From a virus (lineage: Duplodnaviria > Caudoviricetes), in the IMG/VR virus record IMGVR_UViG_3300046167_000798: DNA of 64,000 bases; one strand, 5' to 3'. The notes beneath the pieces are model-generated. The model was not told the origin of the DNA. It ran no database searches and worked only from the letters and a program-made list of their open reading frames with translations. Both the position numbers and the translations under genes were made by a program. Below, one piece after another: positions 29,809-39,865 of this stretch. Within the stretch, counting starts at the first letter, position 1. The number at the start of each line of letters is the position of its first letter.

Positions 29809-30405
29809 TTAAGATAATACTAAAGAACATCTTTCATATTCTTTTTTAGTCATATAAGTTTTATTCATTTCTAAGAACGAACCATTGTATTTTTCATTCA
29901 TAATTTCTCTTTGTTTAGAGTAATTAGGATTGTTGATATTATCTTTGTATTCTTGATACTGATTTAACCAATATTCAACAGAACCCCATTTTGGTTTGTT
30001 ATCAATAAAGATGTAAGAAGGAAAGTATTTCAACTCCATACCTTTATCAGTACACAACGTATCTTCTCTATATTCGTAGATATCTTCCATACCATTGAAA
30101 GAACCGCCTTGTAAGATATGTTTCCATTTAGATATTTCTTTGAAAGTTTCATAATCTACTTCCGAACCATCTTGGTTACAAACTTCAACTCTTACAGAAG
30201 AACCTCCACTATATACATCAGAACCAGCCCATACCTTAAGTTCAGGATAATTCTTTTTAACAAATTGTTTGATTATCGAAGCACAATTCTTAGCACTCAT
30301 GTGGATATATTTCTCAAGGTTACCACCCCAAGTTTGTTCTCTATAAGAGTTAAGGGGTAATTGAAACTCTTGACCGTTTAATGAAAATTTTAATTTTTTA
30401 CTCAT
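29809..30405 (-). CDS. LPD29-like (polyvalent-protein-associated domain) early protein
   Basis: YSGGSSVRV…GSFNGMEDIYEY signature; first gene after strong early promoter. Confidence 0.55.
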   Translation of the reverse strand: MSKKLKFSLNGQEFQLPLNSYREQTWGGNLEKYIHMSAKNCASIIKQFVKKNYPELKVWAGSDVYSGGSSVRVEVCNQDGSEVDYETFKEISKWKHILQGGSFNGMEDIYEYREDTLCTDKGMELKYFPSYIFIDNKPKWGSVEYWLNQYQEYKDNINNPNYSKQREIMNEKYNGSFLEMNKTYMTKKEYERCSLVLS

Positions 30406-30430
30406 GTTTTATCTTTTAGTGTTATTAATT

Positions 30431-30491
30431 ATTTACATAGTAAATATACGAAAAATAAACCATATATCCAAGCAAAAAGTGAATTATTTTT
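30431..30491 (-). promoter_or_regulatory. early promoter with long AT-rich upstream element
   Basis: Near-identical to 14880-14939. Confidence 0.75.
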
Positions 30492-30495
30492 TAAT

Positions 30496-30903
30496 TTATA
30501 CTGATTCTAAATAGAGTTTTTTTGAGTAGGTGTGGAGTGATTGATTTTGGAGTTTAACCCAATCTTTAATGTTTACATTAATACCCAATTCATTAGCAAA
30601 TAGTAATCCTTTGTTCCAGGCATTTAGTTCATTAAGATATTGATAGAATTTAAATTTTCTTGGATACATATCTTCATCAATAGTTTTAAAGTAGTTATCT
30701 TTATCAGTTTGAAGAACATGACCTACTTCATGTAAAAGAGCATATAAACCATTTTTTTCTAAATTATGATTATGGTGTATAAAAATCTTTTTGTTTTTAC
30801 TTCCCATAAAAGCAGTCATTTGTCCAAGTAATACATTTATTCCAAATTTCTCTTTGAGGTAATTTGAAACTTTATTGAATTGTTTAGGGTATTTTTTAAT
30901 CAT
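30496..30903 (-). CDS. HExxH zincin-like / ImmA-IrrE-like protein
   Basis: LLHEVGH, E..AW..G; likely start MIKKYP at 30903. Confidence 0.55.
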   Translation of the reverse strand: MIKKYPKQFNKVSNYLKEKFGINVLLGQMTAFMGSKNKKIFIHHNHNLEKNGLYALLHEVGHVLQTDKDNYFKTIDEDMYPRKFKFYQYLNELNAWNKGLLFANELGINVNIKDWVKLQNQSLHTYSKKLYLESV

Positions 30904-30955
30904 ACCTAAATATAAACAATTTTTATGATAAATCCAAATAAAAATTGAATTATTT

Positions 30956-31594
30956 TCAGCTACTAGATAGGTGGTTTGAGATGTACCCTGCGATTCTACC
31001 AGCTTTGATTTGGAAGTGTTCCCAATCATCTTTGGTCATTTTCTTTCTCTTACCAACATAGTCAATTCCTATGTTTCCAATGTATTTATCATCTAAAGTA
31101 AACATTGGTACTAAGAATGAAGATTTTGTACCAACTGATTCTGCTGCTCCCTTTAATCCATAGGTTGCAACTTTAGGGTCTTGGAAGTTTGGTATGAAGA
31201 TTCCCTTTCCTTCCATCATATGTTCAAATGCTTTTGGATAAAGTGAACAAGGAATATTATTAAAGGTGTGGGATACTGAAGAAACTCCTGCTTTGGTTAC
31301 TTCATAAAATATTGAGAATTTTTGGATTGATTTACCTGTGGGGTAGAAGTTACCACCATTATGAAATTGAGCAATCCAAACTCTATCTCCTTTAAACTCT
31401 TCTCTAATCTCTTCAAGTTCATCTGAAATTAAGGAAACACTTGAGATGTTTTCTTTTACAATATCTCTTTTCTTATCTTTTTCTTTTTGTAAATGTTTAC
31501 TTACAATTAAGTAAAAAATTGGGCCTACTACACCGGTTAAAAATGCTCCTAATAATTCCATTATGTGATTATGATTAGTTAGTATCTGTTCCAT
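30956..31594 (-). CDS. single-TM protein with GAF-like domain (possible T4-T-like holin)
   Basis: N-terminal TM; DRVWIAQFHNG…LVPMFTLD..YIGNIGIDY GAF-like strands. Confidence 0.45.
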   Translation of the reverse strand: MEQILTNHNHIMELLGAFLTGVVGPIFYLIVSKHLQKEKDKKRDIVKENISSVSLISDELEEIREEFKGDRVWIAQFHNGGNFYPTGKSIQKFSIFYEVTKAGVSSVSHTFNNIPCSLYPKAFEHMMEGKGIFIPNFQDPKVATYGLKGAAESVGTKSSFLVPMFTLDDKYIGNIGIDYVGKRKKMTKDDWEHFQIKAGRIAGYISNHLSSS

Positions 31595-31955
31595 CTTTAT
31601 CGTATTCGTCTAAATCTTCCATGTAATCGGCAACATTTTTAAGATAATCAGCGGCTAAGGTCATTTTTTCTTGAACCCAACCATCTAAATCTTCAATATT
31701 ACGTTTTTTGATATTAGTATATATGATTTTAGCGGAACGAACAGATGATTTTAACGATGATAACCCCATACCTACTTCATGGTCATCTTCTTTAATTTGA
31801 TTTTTAACAGAAGTTACAGATTTAAAAAATTCATTTACTGTATCTTGTTGTGGTTTAAATGCAGTTGCATATGGATTAGAATAAACCTTTCCTAACTCTA
31901 CTGGCTTACCTTCCCAATTAACTTCTGATAATATATCTTTTAATTTTGTACTCAT
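31575..31955 (-). CDS. putative virion-internal protein
   Basis: MSTKLKDILSE leader; DHEVGM, GWVQEKMTLAADYL. Confidence 0.5.
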   Translation of the reverse strand: MSTKLKDILSEVNWEGKPVELGKVYSNPYATAFKPQQDTVNEFFKSVTSVKNQIKEDDHEVGMGLSSLKSSVRSAKIIYTNIKKRNIEDLDGWVQEKMTLAADYLKNVADYMEDLDEYDKDGTDTN

Positions 31956-31959
31956 TTAG

Positions 31960-32565
31960 TTAAAAATCCTTATCTGATGCTAGTTTAGCACTATTCTTTT
32001 TATAGAAATCAACTAATGTTTTTAAATTCTTAGGGTCAATTGTTACTTCATGTCTACCAACTTTATCTTTTACTATAAGTGAAGGAGTATATTCAAATTG
32101 ATTAACTGCACTTTTAGCTTTGGATTTCATGAAAAACTGTAATACTTCTTTTACTCTTTCTCTTGTAAAGGGAACACCTTTAACGTAAAATAAACCAGTC
32201 ATAGAATCATATCCCATTGCCATTTCATTTACTTCTGAAGCTTCGTTTACCTTTTCATATCCACTACCATAAGGTGCTGATTTTCCATCATGATTCATAA
32301 CAACATTCTCACCTTTGTATTCAGCGTTTTTGTACATACCACTTACTTTTAAATCAAGTTCTTTTGCTAGAGCAATTTTCTCTTTACCAAGTTTTTTAAG
32401 TAATTTTATAAAAGGTTCTTTTTTATCAGTATGTTTGTTCTTTTTGTAGAATTCTAATGCCTTTTCTATGTTTTCAATATTTTTTTGTTGAAGTTTAGAA
32501 ATAGCATTAATACTTCTTTCTCTAAGTACATTTTTAACTGCTTCTTTAAATTCTGATAGTTTCAT
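31960..32565 (-). CDS. putative virion-internal protein
   Basis: MKLSEFKEAVKNVLRE leader; KVNEASEVNEM; ATACTTATA at 32593-32601. Confidence 0.5.
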   Translation of the reverse strand: MKLSEFKEAVKNVLRERSINAISKLQQKNIENIEKALEFYKKNKHTDKKEPFIKLLKKLGKEKIALAKELDLKVSGMYKNAEYKGENVVMNHDGKSAPYGSGYEKVNEASEVNEMAMGYDSMTGLFYVKGVPFTRERVKEVLQFFMKSKAKSAVNQFEYTPSLIVKDKVGRHEVTIDPKNLKTLVDFYKKNSAKLASDKDF

Positions 32566-32623
32566 ATTAATTCCTTGTGTGTTCTATACTAATATAAGTA
32601 TAAAAATATTTGTAAATAATTAT

Positions 32624-33271
32624 TTAAATCTTGTGCTTTATATGGTTAAACATAACATCACCAATAATCTCACCCATTCTTGAATCAGATGGATAGTGTG
32701 CTCTTCCTATATTTCTACTGTATGATATTCGTTTTCCTGCTTCTATGAAGGCATCTGTATTAATTGGTAATTTAGTTTGTAGTACCTTCCCTATCAAAAT
32801 ACCTTGTGCGGAATGTCCTGATGGGTAAGATGGGGTTTTCATTGATTCCATTACCTTTGCACCTAATTTCATATTGTAATGAGATGACAATTGAAATGGT
32901 CTTGGTCTGTTATGTATGTATTTTAAATCTAATATAATTCCTGCAGCTGATTTGAGTAATTTTTCTACTAATTCTTTTGGATATTCTACATTATTTTCTT
33001 TACAAAGTTGTTCAAATACTTTTTCAATATCATCATGTTCTTCAACATATTCATCATCTTCTGGTAAATCTTTTAGATATTGTAGTTCATTATAAACTAT
33101 CATGGAAGTATTTTTTGGAGGATTTTTTACTTTATATTTAGAATAATTGAAATCTTTAAACAAACCATCTTTGATTCCTTCAATTTTTTTAGCGTGTTTA
33201 TCTGGTATACCATCTGTTGTATAAACGGCATTCTTAATATCTCCTATATTTTCTTCTGTGAATATGAACAT
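32624..33271 (-). CDS. PAP2-superfamily acid phosphatase
   Basis: KYIHNRPRP, PSYPSGH, SRNIGRAHYPSD. Confidence 0.9.
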   Translation of the reverse strand: MFIFTEENIGDIKNAVYTTDGIPDKHAKKIEGIKDGLFKDFNYSKYKVKNPPKNTSMIVYNELQYLKDLPEDDEYVEEHDDIEKVFEQLCKENNVEYPKELVEKLLKSAAGIILDLKYIHNRPRPFQLSSHYNMKLGAKVMESMKTPSYPSGHSAQGILIGKVLQTKLPINTDAFIEAGKRISYSRNIGRAHYPSDSRMGEIIGDVMFNHIKHKI

Positions 33272-33295
33272 ACTACTATAAATATATAGTTATGT

Positions 33296-33481
33296 TTATT
33301 TACTAAATTTATTCCACAAATCAATCGCTTTAGATGTAATTGATTCTACTCCTTTACCAACTTTTTTTGAGATTTGTTTGGCCAAAGGCTTTGGTAATAC
33401 TTTTTCTAATTGTTTTTTTGTTTTTGATTTAGCAACTAAACCACTTCCCTTTTCAATTATTTTTTCTTTAAGTTTTCCCAT
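33296..33481 (-). CDS. small basic hypothetical protein
   Basis: 61-aa ORF. Confidence 0.5.
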   Translation of the reverse strand: MGKLKEKIIEKGSGLVAKSKTKKQLEKVLPKPLAKQISKKVGKGVESITSKAIDLWNKFSK

Positions 33482-33669
33482 GCTCCTCGTTTCACTAATT
33501 CTTTTCTGATTAGTTCTTTTTTTCTTTTATATGAAGGTGAATCATATAACTTTATTAATTCTTCAGTTGATGTACTTGCAACTGTATAATGTTTTATAAA
33601 GAATTTATTAGTCATCTTATTGTTGACTTTGATATATTCTTTTGTACTTGGTTTTAATTTCGCAGGCAT
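33457..33669 (-). CDS. small hypothetical phage protein
   Basis: MPAKLKPS…KELVKRG. Confidence 0.6.
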   Translation of the reverse strand: MPAKLKPSTKEYIKVNNKMTNKFFIKHYTVASTSTEELIKLYDSPSYKRKKELIRKELVKRGAWENLKKK

Positions 33670-33775
33670 CTTATTTATCTAACCACTTAAAAAATCTATT
33701 CATTATGAACCAGAATGCAATAAAGATTCCGATTACTTTTAATAGAAGTATGAGGTTTTCCATTTCCTATAAATA

Positions 33776-34114
33776 TTAATATATTTGTATAAAGGTACTT
33801 TTTATAACACCATTGGAATTAATTAGTTCCAATTGTAACAAATCAGTAGGAAGTGATTTAGTATAAATCTTTCTTGTATTTAATTCAAGTGTAGGTAAAA
33901 ATGATTCTTTTGCAATAACAGAACCATCTTTTGATATCACTAATTGATGTTCTTCTTCTGATATTATTTCAAAAGAAAATTCTTGTCCATCTGTTACTGA
34001 TGATTCAGTTTCTTCAAATATCATTTCGTATTGCGGTAGTGGTTCTACAATCATCAACTCTTCTGGTTGACAAGATAGTATAACGAACAATATTAATACT
34101 ATATACTTTCTCAT
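33776..34114 (-). CDS. lipoprotein with T9SS-CTD/Ig-like domain (paralog of 40295..40672)
   Basis: Lipobox ILS-C; VTD…NTRKIYTKSLP..LLQLEL aligns with paralog. Confidence 0.55.
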   Translation of the reverse strand: MRKYIVLILFVILSCQPEELMIVEPLPQYEMIFEETESSVTDGQEFSFEIISEEEHQLVISKDGSVIAKESFLPTLELNTRKIYTKSLPTDLLQLELINSNGVIKSTFIQIY

Positions 34115-36202
34115 TTTATTTTATGGTCTATTCCACCCCCATTTTGTTTTACTAATTCTGATTTTGTAACTGATAGTAATCCTAATATAGATTCAAAAGT
34201 TTGTTGTGGTGAAAAGTAAATCTTATATTGTACACCACCATTTAAATTTTGAGAACCATCAGTAGATATAGAACCTAACTTTATGTAGTTTGTTCTTTCA
34301 GCTGAAAATGACTGTAAGTTAGAAGTAGTTTCTATTCTATCAAACTCCACTCTAGTGTTATCATATCCTATTCTAAATTCAGAACCTACAATGTTATGAT
34401 TGTTTTGTGGTACATCTAATGTTACCACAAATTTATCTTCTTCCTTACTGATATCTAATAACACCTCAAATTCATTTGATTTTTGAGAAGATGAATTTCT
34501 AATTGACATTGATTGAGTACCAGGTGAACTTGTTGATTGTGGTGCAGAATGTGAAAGATTTACATCACCTATAAATGAAACTTTATATTCTAAGGTTTGT
34601 ATCGTATCTATAATACTAAAGGTAAAATTTGTTGATGGTGATTTATTTGTTTGTGTTTTCCAATTAGAGGTTGTAGTATTATCGTATTCTGATTTAGGAA
34701 CTATTCTCATTATCTCTTGTAGGTAACCATTGAAAGGAGTATCACCACCATTTAAGAAAGCCAATCCTATTTGACTATCTTGAAAATTAAACTCACCATC
34801 TTGATTAACATCTGAGTTTTGTAATTGAACTCCACTCAAATCTCCTTTATATCCACCGAATATTCCACCACCTGCTAATTCATTAAATCCTGCAACCACA
34901 TCTGCAACTGTAATGTAATCATCCATAAATTCTTCAGCTGTCCACCCTTCTATATTATCAGATGGATTATTAACAACTATTTTATGTCCTTTATATATTT
35001 CAACATCTTCAAATGAGAACTCTGCTCTAATACCAAAATAACTACCAGCATTTCTAATCACACCACTTCCATATGAACTATTAGATATAGCAGTTGTTAG
35101 ATTACCTGGTATGTAATATTGTTGCCAACCATCCGAACCCTCACTTACACTATGAACAGTAATTGTTCCATCATACAAATCAAGTAATTGTAATGATTTT
35201 AAATCATTTGGGTCTGTATCAGGATTAGTAGCAGTGAATTCTCTACCATCAATCAGTATTCTATGTCTATCGTTTGTAGAATCATATGGATATAAAACTA
35301 CCCACTCTACACTTCCACTTTCTGTGGTTGCTTTCAAACCATCAGTCATCTTAACCAAATTTAGATAATCAGTTATATCTTTACTTCCATCATCATCTAA
35401 ATAATATTTTGAATTCATTGTAGAAGTATTGAAATATGTTGAACCATCTTGTTCATTTGATGCATCATAATATACACCAAATCTATATTGTTCTGGTGAT
35501 AATTGAGAATGGAATTCTAAATCTAAATCAACTTCAGGTTCTGTTGTAGTAGTTCCACCACCTGGGTCTACATTTGTCCAAGTTCCAAATTGATGATTGG
35601 AACTTATCCAATTGTAATTTGGTGAACTTGAATTTGCTGGTATTGAATAACCAAAATAGTAATAATCCCCTCCACCATATTCTTGGTATCTAAATTCAAA
35701 TTCATACCATTTAGTATTATCTAAATTTGCAGTACCATATCGATTAGAACAACAACCCCATTGAAATGTAATTGTTTGCCAAGTAGTAGTTCCTACTTCT
35801 CTATATCTAGTTTCTGATGAATCATCTGCATAAGTTTTGAAATTATAAGTTCCATTTTTATTTGGTTTGAACCAACCCTGAATAAACTATTGCAAAATAC
35901 GAATTACCCCATCTCGGTGGGTGTCCTCCATTTAAACCACCTGAACTCCATGGTGTTGCTTCACCAACATGAGTTAATGTTGTACCTGGTTGGTTTGTAT
36001 CAACCATTGCATCAAACTCAGCAGTTGAACCTGCTCCACCACTATATGATACACCATTATAAGATGATGCTGCACCATTACCAGAGTGAGTTTTGTAGGA
36101 TTTATAATTTATTTTTCCTTCACCACTTGGAGTATAACCAGCACCGGTCTGACCAAATACTAAAGTTGGTAACAGTAATAATATGAAGAGAAGTTTCTTC
36201 AT
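34111..36202 (-). CDS. secreted PA14-like + dockerin-like + cohesin-like protein (~696 aa), 1-nt frameshift at ~35877
   Basis: Signal peptide; SYFAIVYSGWFKP..NGTYNFKTYADDS PA14-like after removing one G; SDVNQDGEFNFQD; GDVNLSHS; VGSEFRIGYD..RVEF. Confidence 0.65.
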
Positions 36203-36732
36203 TAAAAATTATCCTTTGGCTTATCTAATCTAAAATATATTGTTCCTCCTACATAAGGTCTTAGTTTTCCAAGATTATTTTCTCTATCTACTAAATCGTT
36301 TCTAAATCCAACATCTATACTAAACATTTTATCATTTTTGAATTTATGTAGAACTTGAACATTTGCTCCACTAAAGTAATTTTCCATATCCCATTGATAT
36401 GCAAATCCAGCATACCACTTTGATTCTGGTAATTCATACTTCGGTACGATTACTTCATATGGTTTATCTATATAAACCTTTTTGATTTTAGTTTTAATTT
36501 TTTCTACAATTACTTCTTTGATTATAGTATCTCTTTTTATTTCTGTAATATACTTTGGTACAAAAACTTTCTTCTCTACTAGTTTTTCAACATAGATACT
36601 ATCAATTACAGTCTGAAGAACTTCTATTTCTTTAATCTTCTCTACTTCTTGTATTGTTGGGTTTAAATACATCCATGCTGATAATCCTATTAATACTCCT
36701 ATTACTCCTAATTTCCAATCTATTTTTTTCAT
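36202..36732 (-). CDS. membrane-anchored protein with EKIV/VEK-type repeats and C-terminal beta strands
   Basis: N-terminal TM; VEKLVEKK, IIKEVIVEKIK; amphipathic strands at the end. Confidence 0.55.
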   Translation of the reverse strand: MKKIDWKLGVIGVLIGLSAWMYLNPTIQEVEKIKEIEVLQTVIDSIYVEKLVEKKVFVPKYITEIKRDTIIKEVIVEKIKTKIKKVYIDKPYEVIVPKYELPESKWYAGFAYQWDMENYFSGANVQVLHKFKNDKMFSIDVGFRNDLVDRENNLGKLRPYVGGTIYFRLDKPKDNF

Positions 36733-36741
36733 ATTTTCTCC

Positions 36742-38547
36742 TTAAAATGGTAACTTAGCACCTATCATAAACGAATTCATTATTGGTACAAACTCATTAC
36801 TACTATAAATTATCGTCCACCCTGCATTGAACGAAAAACTTTTTGTTAATTGTATTGTGAAGGAATTTGCAAGAATCCCTATAAAATCTTTTGATGTTGA
36901 TGAAAAGGCATCGAATCCCTCAACTTTTTCTGTATAAGATAATGGGTTTTGTGCACCAATCAATGCTGGTGTGTACATTATTCTATCGTTTATTTTTACC
37001 ATATTTGTGTAAAGAACATTATATCCCATAGTACCCATTTTTGGCATTGTATTTCCAAGTGCATCTTTACCAAACATAAACGAATAACTAATACCCAATC
37101 CAACAGTTCCATACTTACCCATAGGTTTCATTCTACTCAAAGATAATGTAGTTGAGTTCATCTGATAATTTCTCATATAAGATAGATTTGCTGCATCTAC
37201 CCAAGTTACTTGATAATTTTCATTCAAACTTACTTTACTTCTACCCAATGATAATCCAACTTGTTTCATATTATCATATATTTGTAAGTTTGCTGTATTT
37301 GTTATATCACCATAGATTGATGCTTGTGATGCTCCTATTGCAAGTACTTGGTTGTATTCTCTTGTTAGAGCTTGCATTGACATTATATCTGCTTTCAATA
37401 CTATTGGCATAAATTTCTTTTTCTTTTCTTCTTCCTCTTCCTCATCTTCTTCCTCATCTTTTTCTTCTTCCTCTTCTTCCTCTTCCTCATCTTCTTCTTC
37501 CTCTTCCTCTTCCTCATCTTCTTCCTCTTCTTCTTCTTTTTCTTCCTCTTCCTCTTCTTCATCCTTTTCTTCTTCCTCTTCCTTTTCTTCTTCCTCAGAT
37601 TCTTCTTCTTTATCTTCTTCACTATCTTCATCCGATTCATCAGAATCATCATCAGAATCATCATCACCATCAGAATCATCATCAGAGTCATCATCTCCAT
37701 CTCCATCTGAATCATCATCGGAATCTCCATCAGAGTCATCATCACCATCACCATCTCCATCTCCATCACCATCGGAATCAGAATCACTATCTCCATCGGA
37801 ATCAGAATCCCCATCCCCATCTCCATCTCCATCTCCATCACCACCATCAGAACCATCTCCATCACCATCTCCATCTCCTCCTCCATCACCATCGGAATCA
37901 CCAGAGCCACCATCTCCATCACCATCACCTCCATCAGAACCATCGCCTCCACCATCAGAGCCATCGCCACCACCATCGGAATCACCTCCTCCATCAGAAC
38001 CATCTCCTCCAGAATCACCACTTCCTCCACCATCAGAATCAGAACCTCCACCATCTCCACCGGAATCTCCTCCACCATCAGAGCCACTTCCTCCACTGTC
38101 TCCACCAGAGTCTCCACTTCCACCACCATCAGAACCTCCACCGCCAGAATCTCCACTACCACCTGATGAACCACTACCACTTGAATCAGAACCACTACCA
38201 CTTGAACCACTTGAACCTGAGTTAGTGTTATTGGTATTATTGGTTGCGTTGTTTGCGGTGTTATTAGCGTTATTGGTTGCGTTACTTGCAGATGAACAAG
38301 GTGAAAGTGCAGCCCACCATGCATATTTCTGAACTAACCATTGTTGGAGTTCACCATTAGTATATTGTGCGTATGTGAATAATTTAGCTTCGTTATAGAA
38401 TGCAACGATAGCTGAACCACTTGTGAAATCAGCGGTTACCACTTGTACTTCACCAGTACATCTGTCTACAAATGTCTGTGTGAAGGTTTGCCCATAACTA
38501 AGATTAGTGATGAACCAAAACGCAAGTATCGATAGTAGTTTTTTCAT
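36742..38547 (-). CDS. secreted protein: small N-domain + ~290-aa G/S/D/E linker + outer-membrane beta-barrel
   Basis: Signal peptide; alternating hydrophobic strands after residue ~385; terminal Phe (GAKLPF). Confidence 0.7.
   Translation of the reverse strand: MKKLLSILAFWFITNLSYGQTFTQTFVDRCTGEVQVVTADFTSGSAIVAFYNEAKLFTYAQYTNGELQQWLVQKYAWWAALSPCSSASNATNNANNTANNATNNTNNTNSGSSGSSGSGSDSSGSGSSGGSGDSGGGGSDGGGSGDSGGDSGGSGSDGGGDSGGDGGGSDSDGGGSGDSGGDGSDGGGDSDGGGDGSDGGGDGSDGGDGDGDGGSGDSDGDGGGDGDGDGDGSDGGDGDGDGDGDGDSDSDGDSDSDSDGDGDGDGDGDDDSDGDSDDDSDGDGDDDSDDDSDGDDDSDDDSDESDEDSEEDKEEESEEEEKEEEEEKDEEEEEEEKEEEEEEDEEEEEEEEDEEEEEEEEEKDEEEDEEEEEEKKKKFMPIVLKADIMSMQALTREYNQVLAIGASQASIYGDITNTANLQIYDNMKQVGLSLGRSKVSLNENYQVTWVDAANLSYMRNYQMNSTTLSLSRMKPMGKYGTVGLGISYSFMFGKDALGNTMPKMGTMGYNVLYTNMVKINDRIMYTPALIGAQNPLSYTEKVEGFDAFSSTSKDFIGILANSFTIQLTKSFSFNAGWTIIYSSNEFVPIMNSFMIGAKLPF
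37410..38290. repeat. low-complexity coding repeat (trinucleotide-like GAT/GGT/GAA tracts)
   Basis: Encodes NT -> SG -> GD -> DS -> E/K tracts of 36742..38547. Confidence 0.9.
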
Positions 38548-38550
38548 TCA

Positions 38551-39270
38551 TTAGTTTGGAAATATTTTTTTTCTAATCATTCTTGCTACTATTCTTGCTG
38601 AAGCCGTTTCTAATGCTTTTCTGGTAGTTACTCCAATTGCTGATTGTCTGAAGTTTATTTCCTCCAAATCTAATCCCAGCAAACCTTCTTGAGTTTTTAC
38701 CGTATTTGCCTCACCGAGGCCAGAACCTACAAAGTAAGTACCATTCTCTGCATTAGTGAAACGAACTTGTAAACCCAAACGAGTTGTTTGAGTTTGTTTT
38801 GAACCATCTTTTAAAGATAGAACTTCATCTTCTGAAACTGAGAAATCATAAATCTCTATTGTAACGAAATATTCCGCCAACATTATTTTACCCATTCCAT
38901 AAACTTCATTTTGAGAAACACCTTTTCTTGATGCAACCCATTGTGATTTCATTCTATTTTTAATCTCTGATTTTTCTTCTACGAACTCAAATCGGTTTGT
39001 CCAATCTAAGTACTCTATTACCATATTGGTAACACCTAATCCTATTCTTGCATCTTTTAAATCTGGCCACATTTCGTAAACCACATCAGATGCAGAGATA
39101 TTGATTAAAGCAATTGGAATCGTTTCACCCCAATAATCAGATACATCATCAATAGATTTCTTTTTTTCGAATTCTGCTTGATATGTTTCTGCTTTTATCT
39201 TACCAACAGTTTGTGCAATAGTATTTTGTGTGAATAATACACATAAAATTAAAATAAATATATTTTTCAT
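38551..39270 (-). CDS. CsgG/HfaB-family protein
   Basis: Signal peptide; GLGVTNMVIEYL..TNRFEFVEE; AEYFVTIEIYDFS; LGLQVRFTNAENG.YF..SG.G. Confidence 0.7.
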   Translation of the reverse strand: MKNIFILILCVLFTQNTIAQTVGKIKAETYQAEFEKKKSIDDVSDYWGETIPIALINISASDVVYEMWPDLKDARIGLGVTNMVIEYLDWTNRFEFVEEKSEIKNRMKSQWVASRKGVSQNEVYGMGKIMLAEYFVTIEIYDFSVSEDEVLSLKDGSKQTQTTRLGLQVRFTNAENGTYFVGSGLGEANTVKTQEGLLGLDLEEINFRQSAIGVTTRKALETASARIVARMIRKKIFPN

Positions 39271-39373
39271 TTTTTATCCTTCATATGATTGGTTAAGTTT
39301 GGGTACATATCTAAAAATGCCTTTGTTAACCAATCATCGATTTTGATTATTATTTCTATAAGTTTTTTCATAT

Positions 39374-39571
39374 TTAACTTCCTAGTGTATCAAATATGCC
39401 GAAAGTTGCGTTATCAACTGCTGATGGGTTCATAATGATATGGGTTATAATAGTACCCAAACCAAGAACAAACATCACCAATAATACTGCCAACCATACC
39501 TTTACAATAACGTCTACTACTTTGTAGTCTGACATTCTATCTCTAAAGATTTCTGTAAGTGTTGTAATCAT
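39374..39571 (-). CDS. small membrane protein
   Basis: One long hydrophobic segment. Confidence 0.5.
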   Translation of the reverse strand: MITTLTEIFRDRMSDYKVVDVIVKVWLAVLLVMFVLGLGTIITHIIMNPSAVDNATFGIFDTLGS

Positions 39572-39607
39572 TGTTTTTTTTAATTCTCCAATTTTTAATG
39601 TTATACG

Positions 39608-39847
39608 TTAGTGGGTATCCTTAATATGTTTAGGTAATCTCCATCCATGTACTCTCATTTGCCAAGCATACCACCCAGCAAATCCAAAGAACTGTACTAT
39701 CCATCCACCTGCCAATAAATCTGCAGTTAAATCTCCAGCTTGGATTCTATCACCTAATAATAAAAAGTAAGCATTTAAATAAACTATACCGATTATAAAT
39801 CCGATACCTTGTCCATTTAGTTTCCACCATTTTTTGAAACTACTCAT
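39608..39847 (-). CDS. small 2-TM membrane protein
   Basis: Two hydrophobic W/G-rich segments. Confidence 0.55.
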   Translation of the reverse strand: MSSFKKWWKLNGQGIGFIIGIVYLNAYFLLLGDRIQAGDLTADLLAGGWIVQFFGFAGWYAWQMRVHGWRLPKHIKDTH

Positions 39848-39865
39848 TTTTCTCCTTTGTTTAAT

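Noticed and set aside
37410-38290. Possible CRISPR array or satellite
   Set aside because: No constant repeat with unique spacers; degenerate codon-level repeats of a protein linker. No CRISPR array seen anywhere in the window.
37352-38332. 326-aa plus-strand S/P/E-rich ORF and 307-aa alternative-frame minus ORF (37401..38324)
   Set aside because: Shadow frames of the stop-poor G/S/D/E repeat inside 36742..38547; no independent signals.
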